Part shown: in pieces, positions 24,825 through 37,536 of the stretch | Layout of the letters: each line of letters starts with the position of its first letter | How positions within the stretch are numbered: position 1 is the first letter of the stretch | From: Spirogloea muscicola | Taxonomy: Eukaryota | DNA: 64,000 bases | Assembly (NCBI GenBank): GCA_009602725.1 | Contig: WELB01000007.1 | Span: 852,697 to 916,696, forward strand | Direction of reading: 5' to 3' | Position numbers and translations under genes: made by a program | The notes under the pieces: model-generated | The model's input: only the letters and a program-made list of their open reading frames with translations | What the model was told of the DNA's origin: nothing | Database searches by the model: none

Positions 24825-24935
24825 CCGCTGTCGCCGCCGCCGCTGCCGCTGCTGTCGCCGTCGCTACTGCTGCTACTGCCGCCGCTGTCGCCGTCGCTGC
24901 TGCTGCTGCCGTCACTGTCGCCGCCATCGCCGCTG
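24825..24935. repeat. Degenerate (GCC/GCT/GTC)n trinucleotide tract (mirror copy at 30815-30922)
   Basis: Directly visible low-complexity repeat in both arms. Confidence 0.85.
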
Positions 24936-24966
24936 TTACAACAACGAGCGTAGCGTGCGCGTTCAG

Positions 24967-25440
24967 TGTCACGCCAAGAGGGCGTGGCACAGGTGTCCGC
25001 GTAGAAGCCGCTAGAGAGCCGTACCCCCGAGAAGCTTCCGTCACCGGCGCGTAAGACTGGACACACGCGGTAAGTCACAAAGATTGTGACCTTGTGTGTT
25101 GTTGAGCGACTGACAAGCATAACCTTGCGTTGCTCTGAGGCGTTGTATACATCCAGCATCTTGTTCCTTGCACGAGTGCATATTGCATCTTGTTTGGACC
25201 CCCCGTCTACATCAAGGCTTGGAGCCTGTCCGAAGTAGCTAGGCCTGGGCTTGGCCCCCGTTACCAAGTAGATAGGCTGGGCTAGGCCCCCGTTCTGGCT
25301 CGAGTTACTGCCAAATTGGTTACGAACCGGGTGACTATCAATCAATATCGGACTACACGATCGATCTCACACCTGCATTGAGTATTTGTTGAACTTCTAG
25401 TTGCCGCACAAGCTTTACTGAGCCGAGAAGACTTCTTGCA
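24967..25440 (+). repeat. Putative LTR/5' leader of the gypsy element
   Basis: Non-coding, starts TGTCAC and precedes the gag ATG (25482). Present inverted at ~29890-30780 with an internal ~395-bp tandem duplication. LTR 3' end and PBS not identified. Confidence 0.45.
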
Positions 25441-25481
25441 TTCTCTTGTGTGGCAATTGGATTTTCATTTGTATTCAGTGC

Positions 25482-27542
25482 ATGGACTTAAGGTCCGGCC
25501 GTAAAGTAGCAACTTCGACTGATACTCCGGATATTGCTTCTACAGTAATTGATAGTGTAGCGGAAATATCCGAAGTTGCTGCTGATATCCCGGACATTGT
25601 TTCTGTGGCGGTTGAACCTGTTCCAGAAAAAGCAGAGGTGACACCACAGCCACTTCGCATCATGTCTCAAGGAGATCGTCCACAGTACAGAGGTACGCCT
25701 GGTGGTTCTTCACTAAAAACAGTGGAGGAACACTACGAGGCAGAGATATGTGAGCTGCGCATGCAAAAGTGTCTGATAAGCCGCGAGGATGCTATGCTTT
25801 TACTGAGTCGTTATCTCAGTCATGAATCTAGCGATGTCTATAGACGTTCGCGTGACACTATCTTGCAGATGACCACACCAGTACCTAGTAATGCATCTGA
25901 AGCGGAAAGGCAGCTAGGTCCTCAGCTTCTGACGGATTCCGTACGCGAGATGTTTAATCGTCTTGCTCATCACTTCCCTGAGGACACTGTTATTCACCAG
26001 CAGGCATTGATGAGATTTGCTCGCAAGCCTGACGAGTCTGTGACTGTTTGTTATTACCGGTTTCTAAAAGTGATGGAAAAGTCTCACACACAGATAAGTC
26101 AGAAGGACCTTGCATATCAATTCTTGCGTGTTGTCGCAGGGAAGGGGTTGCGTCCAGGGACTATTGATGATGCGTAGGCAGGTGATCTCAACAAGAAGGA
26201 CTACGACATAGAAGACGTCTTCCGAGTCATGCTTGACAAGGAGACTGACGACTTTAAATTACAATGTGCCGATGAACGCTTTGCAGGTTCTCAAGGCACA
26301 TCTGATATGAAACCGACTGCTTCATCACTGGACAAGGCACGAGGTATGAAGAAGGCTTTTGTAGCCTATCCAGTCGCTACACGTTCGGCAGACGCGTCTG
26401 TGACTAGGACGGTCGTAGAGTGTCATGGATGTGGTAAGCAAGGGCACATCAAGAAAGATTGTACCCAGAGGCATCAGACATCTGGTGCCATATGCTCGTT
26501 TTGTTCCAAATCTGGGCACTTAGAACAGCAGTGTTGGGGGAAATTCCCTGATAAGATGCCTGTAGCTTTGAGAAATAAAATTGCTATGAGGAGGGGGTTG
26601 TCTAGCAGAACCTTGTCTGATAGACCTGACTCCAGATATGAACAGATGGCGCGGCAGATAGCGGAATTGACCAAGCAGCTTGCTTCAGCTCAACAGCATA
26701 GCAAGACTAAAGTCGTTCCTACTGCCATGCTAGAAGCAGATGATTACCCAGAAGATGAGGAATACGATCCTCAGGGAATCTACGTCGATGAGGAAGGAGG
26801 AGATGGGCAACTATGAGGGGTATGCTCATGTCGCCAACCTTGTCCCTCAAGCTGCAGACGTACAGGGTTCTTCATCTCGCAATCCCCTGAGGAGGGGAGA
26901 GATAGAACTAACTCAGCAAGCACCTCGTGGAACGGCCCGATACCCAGCCAATTTCAGAGTCAAGGATACTGGTGATATCGTTGTACCCGTCCTTAGCTCG
27001 ACTCCGAAGGTTGCTACCAGTGCAGATATGCTTGTTAAATCTTCAGTGCCTACTAAAGTATTGCTTACCAGAATGCTTGAGGCACCAGTTCTCAGCTTGA
27101 ATGATATTGGTGTATCTAAGGAGACTTTGCATGACATGGTCCTGACAAACAGAGAAGTTGAAGATGTTGTCGCATCACAGGTGGCACAGCACTCACCTGT
27201 AATGTTCGCAACTTCACCTCTGATTCTGTCAGCTCCTGAGATCAAACCTTGCAGATCTCCGACTGAGCGTACAGAGATCATCGCCGCGGTGGCCATGCTT
27301 GACAACACCCAGGGAGTGGTGAAGTTGGCTACCGATACCTATGTAGCAACCCCTGCCTTGGTGCTACTTGATACAGGTGCACAACCTATCCTTATTAGCC
27401 AACGGTTTGCCAAAAACTCCGTCTGGGGAAGGACGACATCAGTGCTAGTACCTTGAGGATCAGGATGGCAACCGGTGGTGCGGACACTGTCGTGGGTGTC
27501 ACCAAAAAACCACTGTGTATCAAGTTGCATGCTGATGATTCA
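25482..27542 (+). pseudogene. gag-protease of the gypsy element (left arm), with premature stop and frameshifts
   Basis: MDLRSGRK start, CHGCGKQGHIKKDC and CSFCSKSGHLEQQC knuckles, VLLDTGAQP. In-frame TAG at 26175-26177. Confidence 0.9.
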
Positions 27543-29847
27543 CAACTCTCCGCATGCGAGCATACCTTCCAAACATTTGGTCACCATTACATAACGGCAC
27601 TTGCTGCAATTATAATCGCCGTTATTTAGCGTATCCGGATTGACGCCATTTTGGTCTATACCATGCAGATTCTGCATAGTAGTCAATCCCGAATCCTAAT
27701 GGGATTAGGATCTCAGTTCCCAACAAGACATCATAAGTATCAGCCCTTGTGATGAGACACACCGCAGTGAACGAGGTGCGTGCTTCTGAATCATCAGCAT
27801 GCAACTTGATACACAGTGGTTTTTTGGTGACACCCACGACAGTGTCCGCACCACCGGTTGCCATCCTGATCCTCAAGGTACTAGCACTGATGTCGTCCTT
27901 CCCCAGACGGAGTTTTTGGCAAACCGTTGGCTAATAAGGATAGGTTGTGCACCTGTATCAAGTAGCACCAAGGCAGGGGTTGCTACATAGGTATCGGTAG
28001 CCAACTTCACCACTCCCTGGGTGTTGTCAAGCATGGCCACCGCGGCGATGATCTCTGTACGCTCAGTCGGAGATCTGCAAGGTTTGATCTCAGGAGCTGA
28101 CAGAATCAGAGGTGAAGTTGCGAACATTACAGGTGAGTGCTGTGCCACCTGTGATGCGACAACATCTTCAACTTCTCTGTTTGTCAGGACCATGTCATGC
28201 AAAGTCTCCTTAGATACACCAATATCATTCAAGCTGAGAACTGGTGCCTCAAGCATTCTGGTAAGCAATACTTTAGTAGGCACTGAAGATTTAACAAGCA
28301 TATCTGCACTGGTAGCAACCTTCGGAGTCGAGCTAAGGACGGGTACAACGATATCACCAGTATCCTTGACTCTGAAATTGGCTGGGTATCGGGCCGTTCC
28401 ACGAGGTGCTTGCTGAGTTAGTTCTATCTCTCCCCTCCTCAGGGGATTGCGAGATGAAGAACCCTGTACGTCTGCAGCTTGAGGGACAAGGTTGGCGACA
28501 TGAGCATACCCCTCATAGTTGCCCATCTCCTCCTTCCTCATCGACGTAGATTCCCTGAGGATCGTATTCCTCATCTTCTGGGTAATCATCTGCTTCTAGC
28601 ATGGCAGTAGGAACGACTTTAGTCTTGCTATGCTGTTGAGCTGAAGCAAGCTGCTTGGTCAATTCCGCTATCTGCCGCGCCATCTGTTCATATCTGGAGT
28701 CAGGTCTATCAGACAAGGTTCTGCTAGACAACCCCCTCCTCATAGCAATTTTATTTCTCAAAGCTACAGGCATCTTATCAGGGAATTTCCCCCAACACTG
28801 CTGTTCTAAGTGCCCAGATTTGGAACAAAACGAGCATATGGCACCAGATGTCTGATGCCTCTGGGTACAATCTTTCTTGATGTGCCCTTGCTTACCACAT
28901 CCATGACACTCTACGACCGTCCTAGTCACAGACGCGTCTGCCGAACGTGTAGCGACTGGATAGGCTACAAAAGCCTTCTTCATACCTCGTGCCTTGTCCA
29001 GTGATGAAGCAGTCGGTTTCATATCAGATGTGCCTTGAGAACCTGCAAAGCGTTCATCGGCACATTGTAATTTAAAGTCGTCAGTCTCCTTGTCAAGCAT
29101 GACTCGGAAGACGTCTTCTATGTCGTAGTCCTTCTTGTTGAGATCACCTGCCTACGCATCATCAATAGTCCCTGGACGCAACCCCTTCCCTGCGACAACA
29201 CGCAAGAATTGATATGCAAGGTCCTTCTGACTTATCTGTGTGTGAGACTTTTCCATCACTTTTAGAAACCGGTAATAACAAACAGTCACAGACTCGTCAG
29301 GCTTGCGAGCAAATCTCATCAATGCCTGCTGGTGAATAACAGTGTCCTCAGGGAAGTGATGAGCAAGACGATTAAACATCTCGCGTACGGAATCCGTCAG
29401 AAGCTGAGGACCTAGCTGCCTTTCCGCTTCAGATGCATTACTAGGTACTGGTGTGGTCATCTGCAAGATAGTGTCACGCGAACGTCTATAGACATCGCTA
29501 GATTCATGACTGAGATAACGACTCAGTAAAAGCATAGCATCCTCGCGGCTTATCAGACACTTCTGCATGCGCAGCTCACATATCTCTGCCTCGTAGTGTT
29601 CCTCCACTGTTTTTAGTGAAGAACCACCAGGCGTACCTCTGTACTGTGGACGATCTCCTTGAGACATGATGCGAAGTGGCTGTGGTGTCACCTCTGCTTT
29701 TTCTGGAACAGGTTCAACCGCCACAGAAACAATGTCCGGGATATCAGCAGCAACTTCGGATATTTCCGCTACACTATCAATTACTGTAGAAGCAATATCC
29801 GGAGTATCAGTCGAAGTTGCTACTTTACGGCCGGACCTTAAGTCCAT
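27543..29847 (-). pseudogene. gag-protease of the gypsy element (right arm), extending through the palindrome spacer
   Basis: Mirror of the left arm (x pairs with 55329-x). The spacer 27543-27786 continues the protease (YDVLLGTEIL). Confidence 0.9.
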
Positions 29848-30792
29848 GCACTGAATACAAATGAAAATCCAATTGCCACACAAGAGAATGCAAGAAGTCT
29901 TCTCGGCTCAGTAAAGCTTGTGCGGCAACTAGAAGTTCAACAAATACTCAATGCAGGTGTGAGATCGATCGTGTAGTCCGATATTGATTGATAGTCACCC
30001 GGTTCGTAACCAATTTGGCAGTAACTCGAGCCAGAACGGGGGCCTAGCCCAGCCTATCTACTTGGTAACGGGGGCCAAGCCCAGGCCTAGCTACTTCGGA
30101 CAGGCTCCAAGCCTTGATGTAGACGGGGGGTCCAAACAAGATGCAATATGCACTCGTGCAAGGAACAAGATGCTGGATGTATACAACACCTCAGAGCAAC
30201 GCAAGGTTATGCTTGTCAGTCGCTCAACAACACACAGGTCACAATCTTTGTGACTTACCGCGTGTGTCCAGTCTTACGCGCCGGTGACGGAAGTCTTCTC
30301 GGCTCAGTCTCTCCCTCTTACTGGTCAGTAAAGCTTGTGCAGCAACTAGAAGTTCAACAAATACTCAATGCAGGTGTGAGATCGATTATGTAGTCCGATA
30401 TTGATTGATAGTCACCCGGTCCGTAACCAATTTGGTAGTAACTCGAGCCAGAACGGGGGCCTAGCCCAGCCTTTCTACTTGGTAACGGGGGCCAAGCCCA
30501 GGCTTATCTACTTCGGACAGGCTCCAAGCCTTGATGTAGACGGGGGGTCCAAACAAGATGCAATATGCACTCTTGCAAGGAAACAAGATGCTGGATATAT
30601 GCAACACCTCAGAGCAACGCAAGGTTATGCTTGTCAGTCGCTCAACAACACACAAGGTCACAATCTTTGTGTCTTACCGCGTGTGTCCGGTCTTACGCGC
30701 CGGTGACGGAAGCTTCTCGGGGTACGGCTCTCTAGCGGCTATCACGCGGACACCTGTGCCACGCCCTCTTGGCGTGACACTGAGCGCGCGCG

Positions 30793-31697
30793 CTACGCTC
30801 GTTGTTGTAACAGCGGCGATGGCGGCGACAGTGACGGCAGCAGCAGCAGCGACGGCGACAGCGGCGGCAGTAGCAGCAGCAGCGACGGCGACAGCAGCGG
30901 CAGCGGCGGCGGCGACAGCGGCAAAAGCCAGAGGGAGAGTTCCACCGCCTGCTCGTTGGCAGCGCTGAGCACTCCTGTCATGGTTCCGCCAGCACGGCCT
31001 GCCGCGTACGCCAGCTCCATGCTCGGGTACTTGGCGTGGTCAGGCTCCCGGAACGTCAGGTTGCCCATCTTGACAAAGTCGAGGCGGGGCCAGGTAGATG
31101 CGGAGGTGGGCACCCGCTTGTCCCATCGTTCTAAACCTTTCCGAAGTGCATACTTAACCAAGCCACTCTTGACGGTTTGCACCATGCGCTCAGCAAGCCC
31201 ATCTGCCTGTGGATGGTCACGCGACGTCAGGCGATGGTCAATACATGTCCGGTCCAGCAACTGCTGGAAGTCACCCTGGAATTCAGAACCACGACCAGTC
31301 AGTACTTCTGCACAAGCACCAAACCGTGATAACACCTGATTCAGGAACGCTTCAGCAATATATGTGCTAGACTTGCCGGGAGTAACGACCACCTCTACCC
31401 ACTTGGAGAAGTGCTCTATCATGATGAGTACGCTATTCAGATTTGCATCTACTGACGAGAGGTTACTGAGAGTTCGCTTACTGCTGTCTCAGTCCTTAGC
31501 ACTCCGACTCCTTCAGACCTTGTCCATTCTTTTGGGCTGGCCTCTCCCAGCCACCAGTTAATCTGGCCGCGCTTGCTCCGAGTACGTAAGGACGTTCGTT
31601 GGCCTTCTGTAGTGGACCAGCTAAATCCAGGCTCCACCTGTGAAACAACCCTTGTATTGGCAGAGGATGTAAGCCAGGTGACTTCAGAGAGAACATG
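30793..31697 (-). pseudogene. Integrase core fused in frame to the DXR fragment (30937-31116); interrupted at 31433-31579
   Basis: ORF 30793-31422: MIEHFSKW...LTGRGSEF...GLAERMVQ...[19 protein letters not shown]...AANEQAVEL. The second catalytic Asp is changed to Gly. Confidence 0.88.
31433..31579 (+). mobile_element. 147-bp CRE-like 3'-end insertion with 7-bp TSD GAGTACG
   Basis: GAGTACG at 31426-31432 and 31580-31586. The empty site is visible in the other arm (~24125-24131). Near-identical to ~158-303. Confidence 0.9.
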
Positions 31698-32140
31698 CTT
31701 TCACAGCCGCTCTTTCAATATCAGCAGCCGCATTTCTTTTGCCGGAGTCCACGTGCGGACGCCGAAGGCCACGTCGGCAGCCCGCCGTAGGCTTGCCACT
31801 TGGCTTGGCAGCATGATTCTCAGTGACGTGAAGCCGCGCGGTGCGCATGGAACGTTAGAAGAAGTGGCTCTCCCAATGGGGGCAAGGGCTGTGAGAACGT
31901 TAGGGCCAAATCGGTTGCTAATACGCAGTCTCAGTAGGGGGGCGGGTCATCGAACGAGGCGGCCCGCTCGAAGCGGGGCGGTGTCCAGTGGCAGTCAGTG
32001 GTGCCAAGCCCACCGGGCGGTGGTGACGGTGGAGTGGTAGAGGCCTCGACGAGCACGGCGCTTGGGCTGACGTCCGCTGGCAGAAACGGCCCATTCAACG
32101 TAAAGGCGATGAATGGGTTTGAAAGAGGCAGCCCAGAAGG
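31698..32140. mobile_element. CRE-like UTR fragments right of the gypsy complex
   Basis: 31698-31731 continues the UTR broken at 22024. Minus-strand module at 31829-31900. Confidence 0.6.
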
Positions 32141-32292
32141 CACGAACCGGACAGGCCTCGCTCGAGCGCCTCGAGAAGGGTGGCGAGCCACGCAGCCCGG
32201 ACGAGCTCGCGGAGGCCGCGCCGGCGGACGCGGAGCCCGGCCTCGCCGCCCGCCTGCCGCCGCCGGGGCCTCGCTCGTCGACGAGGGCCACC

Positions 32293-34055
32293 ATGCCGCG
32301 CGCGGTGGTCGTTGAAGCGGCCGCCGACGGTGGCGGCGGCGGCGACCCGATGGACCGCGTCGTGTTGCGCGACAAGGCCAAGCCGACGTGAGGAGGCCCG
32401 TCGCGCCGTCTCCGTCTCGCCTGCCGCGCGAGCCGCCGCGCGGCGCTCGATAAGCTGAGCTGAGGGCGGCGGCGGCGGCGGCGGCGGCGTGCAGGCCCGC
32501 GCCAGGCGAGATCCTGGTGCGCATCACCATCCGGCCGGTGAATCCGTCGGACGTGGCAACGATTCAGCGGCAGGGCCTGGCGGGGCAGCTGCCGCTCGTC
32601 CCCGGCGAGGAGGGCGCCGGCGTCGTCGAGGAGGTGCGCGCGCCTCCTGGCATGCCGGAATGCTTGCAACATCCCGAACAAAAATCAAAATACACCATTT
32701 TGTATTGCTATATGTGTATATATATGTGTGTGTATACATATGTTGATTTTAATATATATGAGTCCGGCCGCTGCTGACAGAGGCAGTCCAGCCGGCCATG
32801 GCGGCCCGCAGGTCGGGCCCGGCGTGAGCAAGTTCAAGCGCGGGCAGCGCGTCGTGGCGCTGGTCTTCTTCCGGCGCGCCGCCCGCTGGGAGGGCACGTG
32901 GCAGGAGTACCTGCTCGTCAAGGCCGTGGACGCCGTGCCCATCCCCGACACCATCTCCGACGAGGCCGCCGCGCAGTTCGTCATCAACCCCTGGACCGTC
33001 TACGGCATGCTCAACGACGCGGCCGTCCCTGAGGGCGAGTACCTCCTCCAGACGGCGGCCGCTTCCGTCATTGGCAGGTGGGAGAGCCTGCAAGCAATGG
33101 GCAGCAGAGCCCACATGACAAAAGGGGTTCTCGCACTCGCAGCAACTCCAGCACCGCAAACCATGACCGCTTGTCCAAAACTCATGGCGCAGTTGATCAC
33201 AGCACGTCGACTCGGCTGAGCAAGTCAGCAGTCTGGCGGTGCATTAAGCGTGGCGCTTGCAGGCAGATGATCCAGCTGGCGAAGCACCGGGGCATTCGGA
33301 CGATCAACCTCGTGCGGCGCGAGGAGCAGAAGGAGCAGCTCCACAGCATTGGCGCAAACGCCGTCATCAATTTTGAGACAGAAGGTTCCGCCGCCGTCAC
33401 TGCCACAAGTGTCTTCGTCAATATGTTCTGCTTTTGCCTGCTTGAGTATAGCTTGAATGACAGCTTGAATTTACAGCTTGAAGAACGTTGTCTAAATGTG
33501 TTGTGAGGCTCGCAGACGTCGTAGCCAGGGTGAAGGAGATTACTCAGGGCCACCTTGCGTACACCGCCGTTGATGCTGTTGGTGGAGAGCTAACCAAGGT
33601 GAGAATTGTCTCCTCTATACGTCTAGTTTGCTGCTTGACAACTGTGCTGCACTTTCTGTGTCTTCCACTGGTCTTAACTTGCAAGTCACACCGATGTGCA
33701 ATTTAGTAATCAAGTCACACAAATGGTCGTCAATTGTATGGGCATGCAGCGTGTTGCAGCAAGCGTGCGCAAGGAGGGCACGGTATTCATCTACGGTGAC
33801 CTTGCGGGCCCGAGCTTCTGCGTGGACGTTGCGGACGTGCTACAGCGCGGCGTGCGCATACTTGGATGGAACCTGGACACCCGTGTGACGCGCGAGGAGG
33901 ACAAGCGCAAGATTGCACGAGAGATGTTTCAGCTGCTCGAGGAGCGGGTCGTTGTCCCGTTCGCAGGCGAGAAGTTTGACCTCGCGGACTTCAGAACCGC
34001 CATCCGCAAGAGTCAGGAGACGGGGCGCTCCGGCAAGGTCTTCCTTGTTGGCTGA
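32293..34055 (+). CDS. MDR-superfamily NADPH-dependent oxidoreductase (2-enoyl thioester reductase / quinone oxidoreductase-like), multi-exon
   Basis: PAPGEILVRITIRPVNPSD, VPGEEGAGVVEEVGPGV, GTWQEY, AAQFVINPWT, LLQTAAASVIGR, DAVGG and GRSGKVFL. Stop TGA 34053-34055. Confidence 0.92.
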
Positions 34056-34831
34056 GACGGAGCTGCCTCTAGATTTTCAATGTATCCAACTCTCTTCTTG
34101 TACCCACAGCCCACTCCGATATAAAGCAGCAGTCAGGTGACTCGACCTCCCTGGCTTGAGTCAACTTAAGTCACTCATCGAAGTGCCAGCTTGGCCATGT
34201 GGACCACTCTCTTTCCTGTATGGTTAGCACCTGCATTTTAGGTCAGGGGCCAATAGCAACTACTCATCCTGAGGAAGGTCCATATGCTCAACACAGTGAA
34301 GGTACTGGCAAAAAGTAGCAGATGCATTGAAGACATCTTACTGCATGCGGCTGGGTGCTGACAACAAGTCACCGAGTATGTATGAATTTAGTGCACTAGC
34401 TGGCAGAGAGGTTGCAGCCAAATTGCAGGTTGCCCGGCTGCTTGGTGCAGCAGTAGTGCGTCGCAGCAGGGTCCCATATATTTCCTTCACTCCTGTCTCT
34501 GTCTGGAACCCCCACTCTCTCCACAGCTCTCTCTGGAATGATCTACAAATTAAAATTCAAGGCAGCAATGTGGAAGCGATTGCGCACACAGTTCCTCTGT
34601 GGCTGTTGCAACTGCAGCTCCAAAAGCCCGAATAAAGCAGCTCATGTGCAAGTCCCAAGAAGCTGGCAACAGGCAATGGCTCCAGTGCCAGGATGCTGTG
34701 CCCACATGGCCCCTCTCTTTGTGTTTGGGCGCCTGCTCATGAGCGGCCATGAATATTGCAGACAGCAACAGCAGCCCTAAGAAGGGGGCCGAGCATTGCC
34801 CATTGCTGACGTGTTGACGGAGGCCCCACCC

Positions 34832-35949
34832 TTACGACGCACCACTTCCCGGTGGTGTGGCACTCTGGGAGTGCGGCATGGCTTGGTAGCCACCAGATAC
34901 CATCATCTGTGATGGCGCGTACACCATGCCTGGCGGCAGCCCGTACTGTCCATACGGCGAAGCACCATACTGCCCCGCCCCCTAACAGCAGAGACCAATG
35001 CCAGCACCTACTATCAGGAAAGTGAGCACAGCCCATGCACTGTTGCCACAGCGGCATGCGCAACGCTCCAAGTGCGTCGCCACAATCAAACCAAGCAGAC
35101 TTCGAGCTGCAGTCAACGAGCAGCACATGGATGCCGGCAGCGACAACGAGCTGCAAGACAGTTGGCGCTTTGCATGGCTGGCTCTGGACAACAGAGCCAT
35201 CGCGCGTGGTGACACAAGGCGCCGCACCTGGGAGGAGGCAGGGGGCGTGCCCCCTGCGCCAGCACCCGCTGGCCCCCGGCCGTCATCGCCAGCAGCTCGG
35301 GCGCCGGCGTCCGAGCCCTCCCCGCCCTTGGCAAGCTGTGCCTTCTCGCCCTCGGTCTCGCGGTAGCGCTGCAGGTACAGCTTCAGCGGCTCGATGTAGT
35401 CGTCGAATCCCAGCGTGCTCATCGCCCAGATGAGGTCGTCGCCGTTCACCGTCTTGCGCTTCTCCCGGTGGCACTTGTCGCTCGCCTCGCCCGTGATGAA
35501 GCTGCAGTGACAGCCGCAGCAGCACAAGGAAGGGGCAGTAGGGTCAATGGCAGGGCCTATGGGACGGCTTGGATGGGCTGCAGTCCAGCGACTTCGCTGC
35601 ATGCCAGTCAATTGCCCGTCTGCCGCTGCTCCTGACGGCCGTCGCCGGTCCGCCATCCTTGCGCCGAGGCTCCCTGAGCGGCGGCGGCGGCAGTGGCGGC
35701 GGCGGCGGCGGACCTGATGAACTCAGAGACGCACTCCTGGACGGTCTCCTTGGCCTCCTTGGAGATCTTGGCGGTGGGCGGCAGGACGCGCTTCATGACG
35801 CGCCCGACGTTGGCGATGGGCAGCAGTCGGTCCTGCTCGCGCACGCCGCCGCCCTCGCCATGACCGCCGGAGCCGCCGCCGCCGCCGCCGCCCGTGTGCT
35901 CGCCGCCCGAGTCCTCCTCGTGCGCCTCCGTGCCGCCCGCCTCCGCCAT
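34832..35949 (-). CDS. NF-YB: Nuclear factor Y subunit B (HAP3), non-LEC1 type, 3 coding exons
   Basis: [64 protein letters not shown]. It has Lys rather than the LEC1-type Asp in ISKEAK. Confidence 0.95.
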
Positions 35950-35953
35950 GGCG

Positions 35954-36259
<306 letters not shown>

Positions 36260-36364
36260 GGGGCGCCGCGCGGGCGGAGGGAGGCGGCGGCCGCGGCGAA
36301 AAAGCACGGAGGCGGTAGCGGCGCCGCCGCGGCTCGAACCCGCGCCCGGCCCCCCGGCCGCGCC

Positions 36365-36388
36365 GACGTGGCACCACCGCGTCACGTG
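36365..36388. promoter_or_regulatory. ABRE/G-box-like motifs upstream of NF-YB
   Basis: GACGTGGC (36365-36372) and CACGTG (36383-36388). Confidence 0.3.
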
Positions 36389-36429
36389 CTCACGGCGGCG
36401 GGGCGGCCCCGCCCGCCACCCGGCGACGG

Positions 36430-37430
36430 CGTTCCCCCTGCTGCTCGTGAGGTCGACGCAAATCCTTCCGTGACTGCTTAACTAGTAGAGGTTACAACGT
36501 GACTATCCTCCTTGGCTGCCCACTCTCAGCACTTTCTTCCTTTCTCCCATCCTCCGTGGTACTTGCTTAGTCGTGTGTTCAGCGCTTTCCGGCGATTCGT
36601 ACCTTGTCCTTCCTTTCTTGGGCTGGCTTTTCACAGCCCTCGCCCCCATGAATAAAGCCCCATTTTCTGGGGTGTTGAGCAGGCTTCCTCTGTGCTCTCG
36701 TTGCTTTCCCGCTCCTCAGCACCTCGTTCTCTCTCTTGTGGGGCTGACCTTTCACAGAACGTAAGCGGGGCGCGTGAGGGAGAAGGCGCGCGCCGTGCGC
36801 GTGAGGGGAGGGCTGTGAGAGGTCAGCAGGACAAGGTCAAGGCGGGAAAGCGCTAACCACTCTGCAAAGCAAATGGCTACTCTTGATGACCACGCAATAA
36901 GCTGTATTCGGGTGCCCCAAGTCGGAATGTATAGCAGGTTAAAAGCTTTTTCCCAATCGAAAAGATTCATATAGTTGTGTAGCTGTGAGCGGCTAGCCCA
37001 CAGGACAAGGTCCGAGGGGCGGAAAGCACTAAGCACTTAGCAAAGCAAATGGCTACTAGTGATGGCCACGCATTAAGCTTTATAATGCATTTAGGGTGTT
37101 TAGGGTGGCCACGCACTAACCTTTTCTGGGTTTCCCCAAATCGGAATGTATAGCAGGTTTGGAAAGAGAAGAAGCACTTCCCCAAGAGAAAGTTGGCCTT
37201 CAAAGTTCGGTTCAAAGAAGACCCTGTTTCTGTGGCCATTGCCCTCATTAGAGCCTTTGGCCCTCAAGGAGTGAACGAGCTCTAGCTAACACAGTGGTTT
37301 CTCCCGAAGAAGGGCGATGGCCTTCAAAGGCCGATATGAAAGGGAATGAACAAGGTCCGGAGGGGCCAGGAAGCGCAAAGCGCCAAGTCCTTAGTGCTAA
37401 AGAAAAGAGTCGCCCGTTGATAGGCTGAAG
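36430..37430. mobile_element. Cluster of CRE-like 3'-end fragments in both orientations
   Basis: Plus-strand terminus ~36490 with modules at 36600-36760. Two tandem minus-strand copies at ~36810-36950 and ~36980-37160 (PAIHSDL...RGH). Confidence 0.6.
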
Positions 37431-37536
37431 CGCCAATCAGGGCACGGTCAGCATGCAGCTGGCAAGGCATTTGCCAGAAGTCGCTGCAGCAAGATGTAGT
37501 GCAGATGCATCTGTAATACAGAGCGGGCTACTTTCA

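Larger units (their letters stand above)
22025..31697. mobile_element. Rearranged, largely palindromic, non-autonomous Ty3/gypsy LTR-retrotransposon complex
   Basis: Contains gag (two zinc knuckles), protease (LLDTGA), DNMT-like domain, RT (YIDD), RNase H and integrase pieces in mixed orientations. Arms ~24010-27542 and 27787-31700 are inverted copies. Confidence 0.9.

Noticed and set aside
24640..25044. Ala/Thr- or Cys/Arg-rich ORFs in the ORF track
   Set aside because: They are translations of a trinucleotide microsatellite.
29895..30710. Tandem repeat as a 2-LTR circle junction
   Set aside because: Unit boundaries are not TG...CA and coincide with microhomology; simple duplication fits better.
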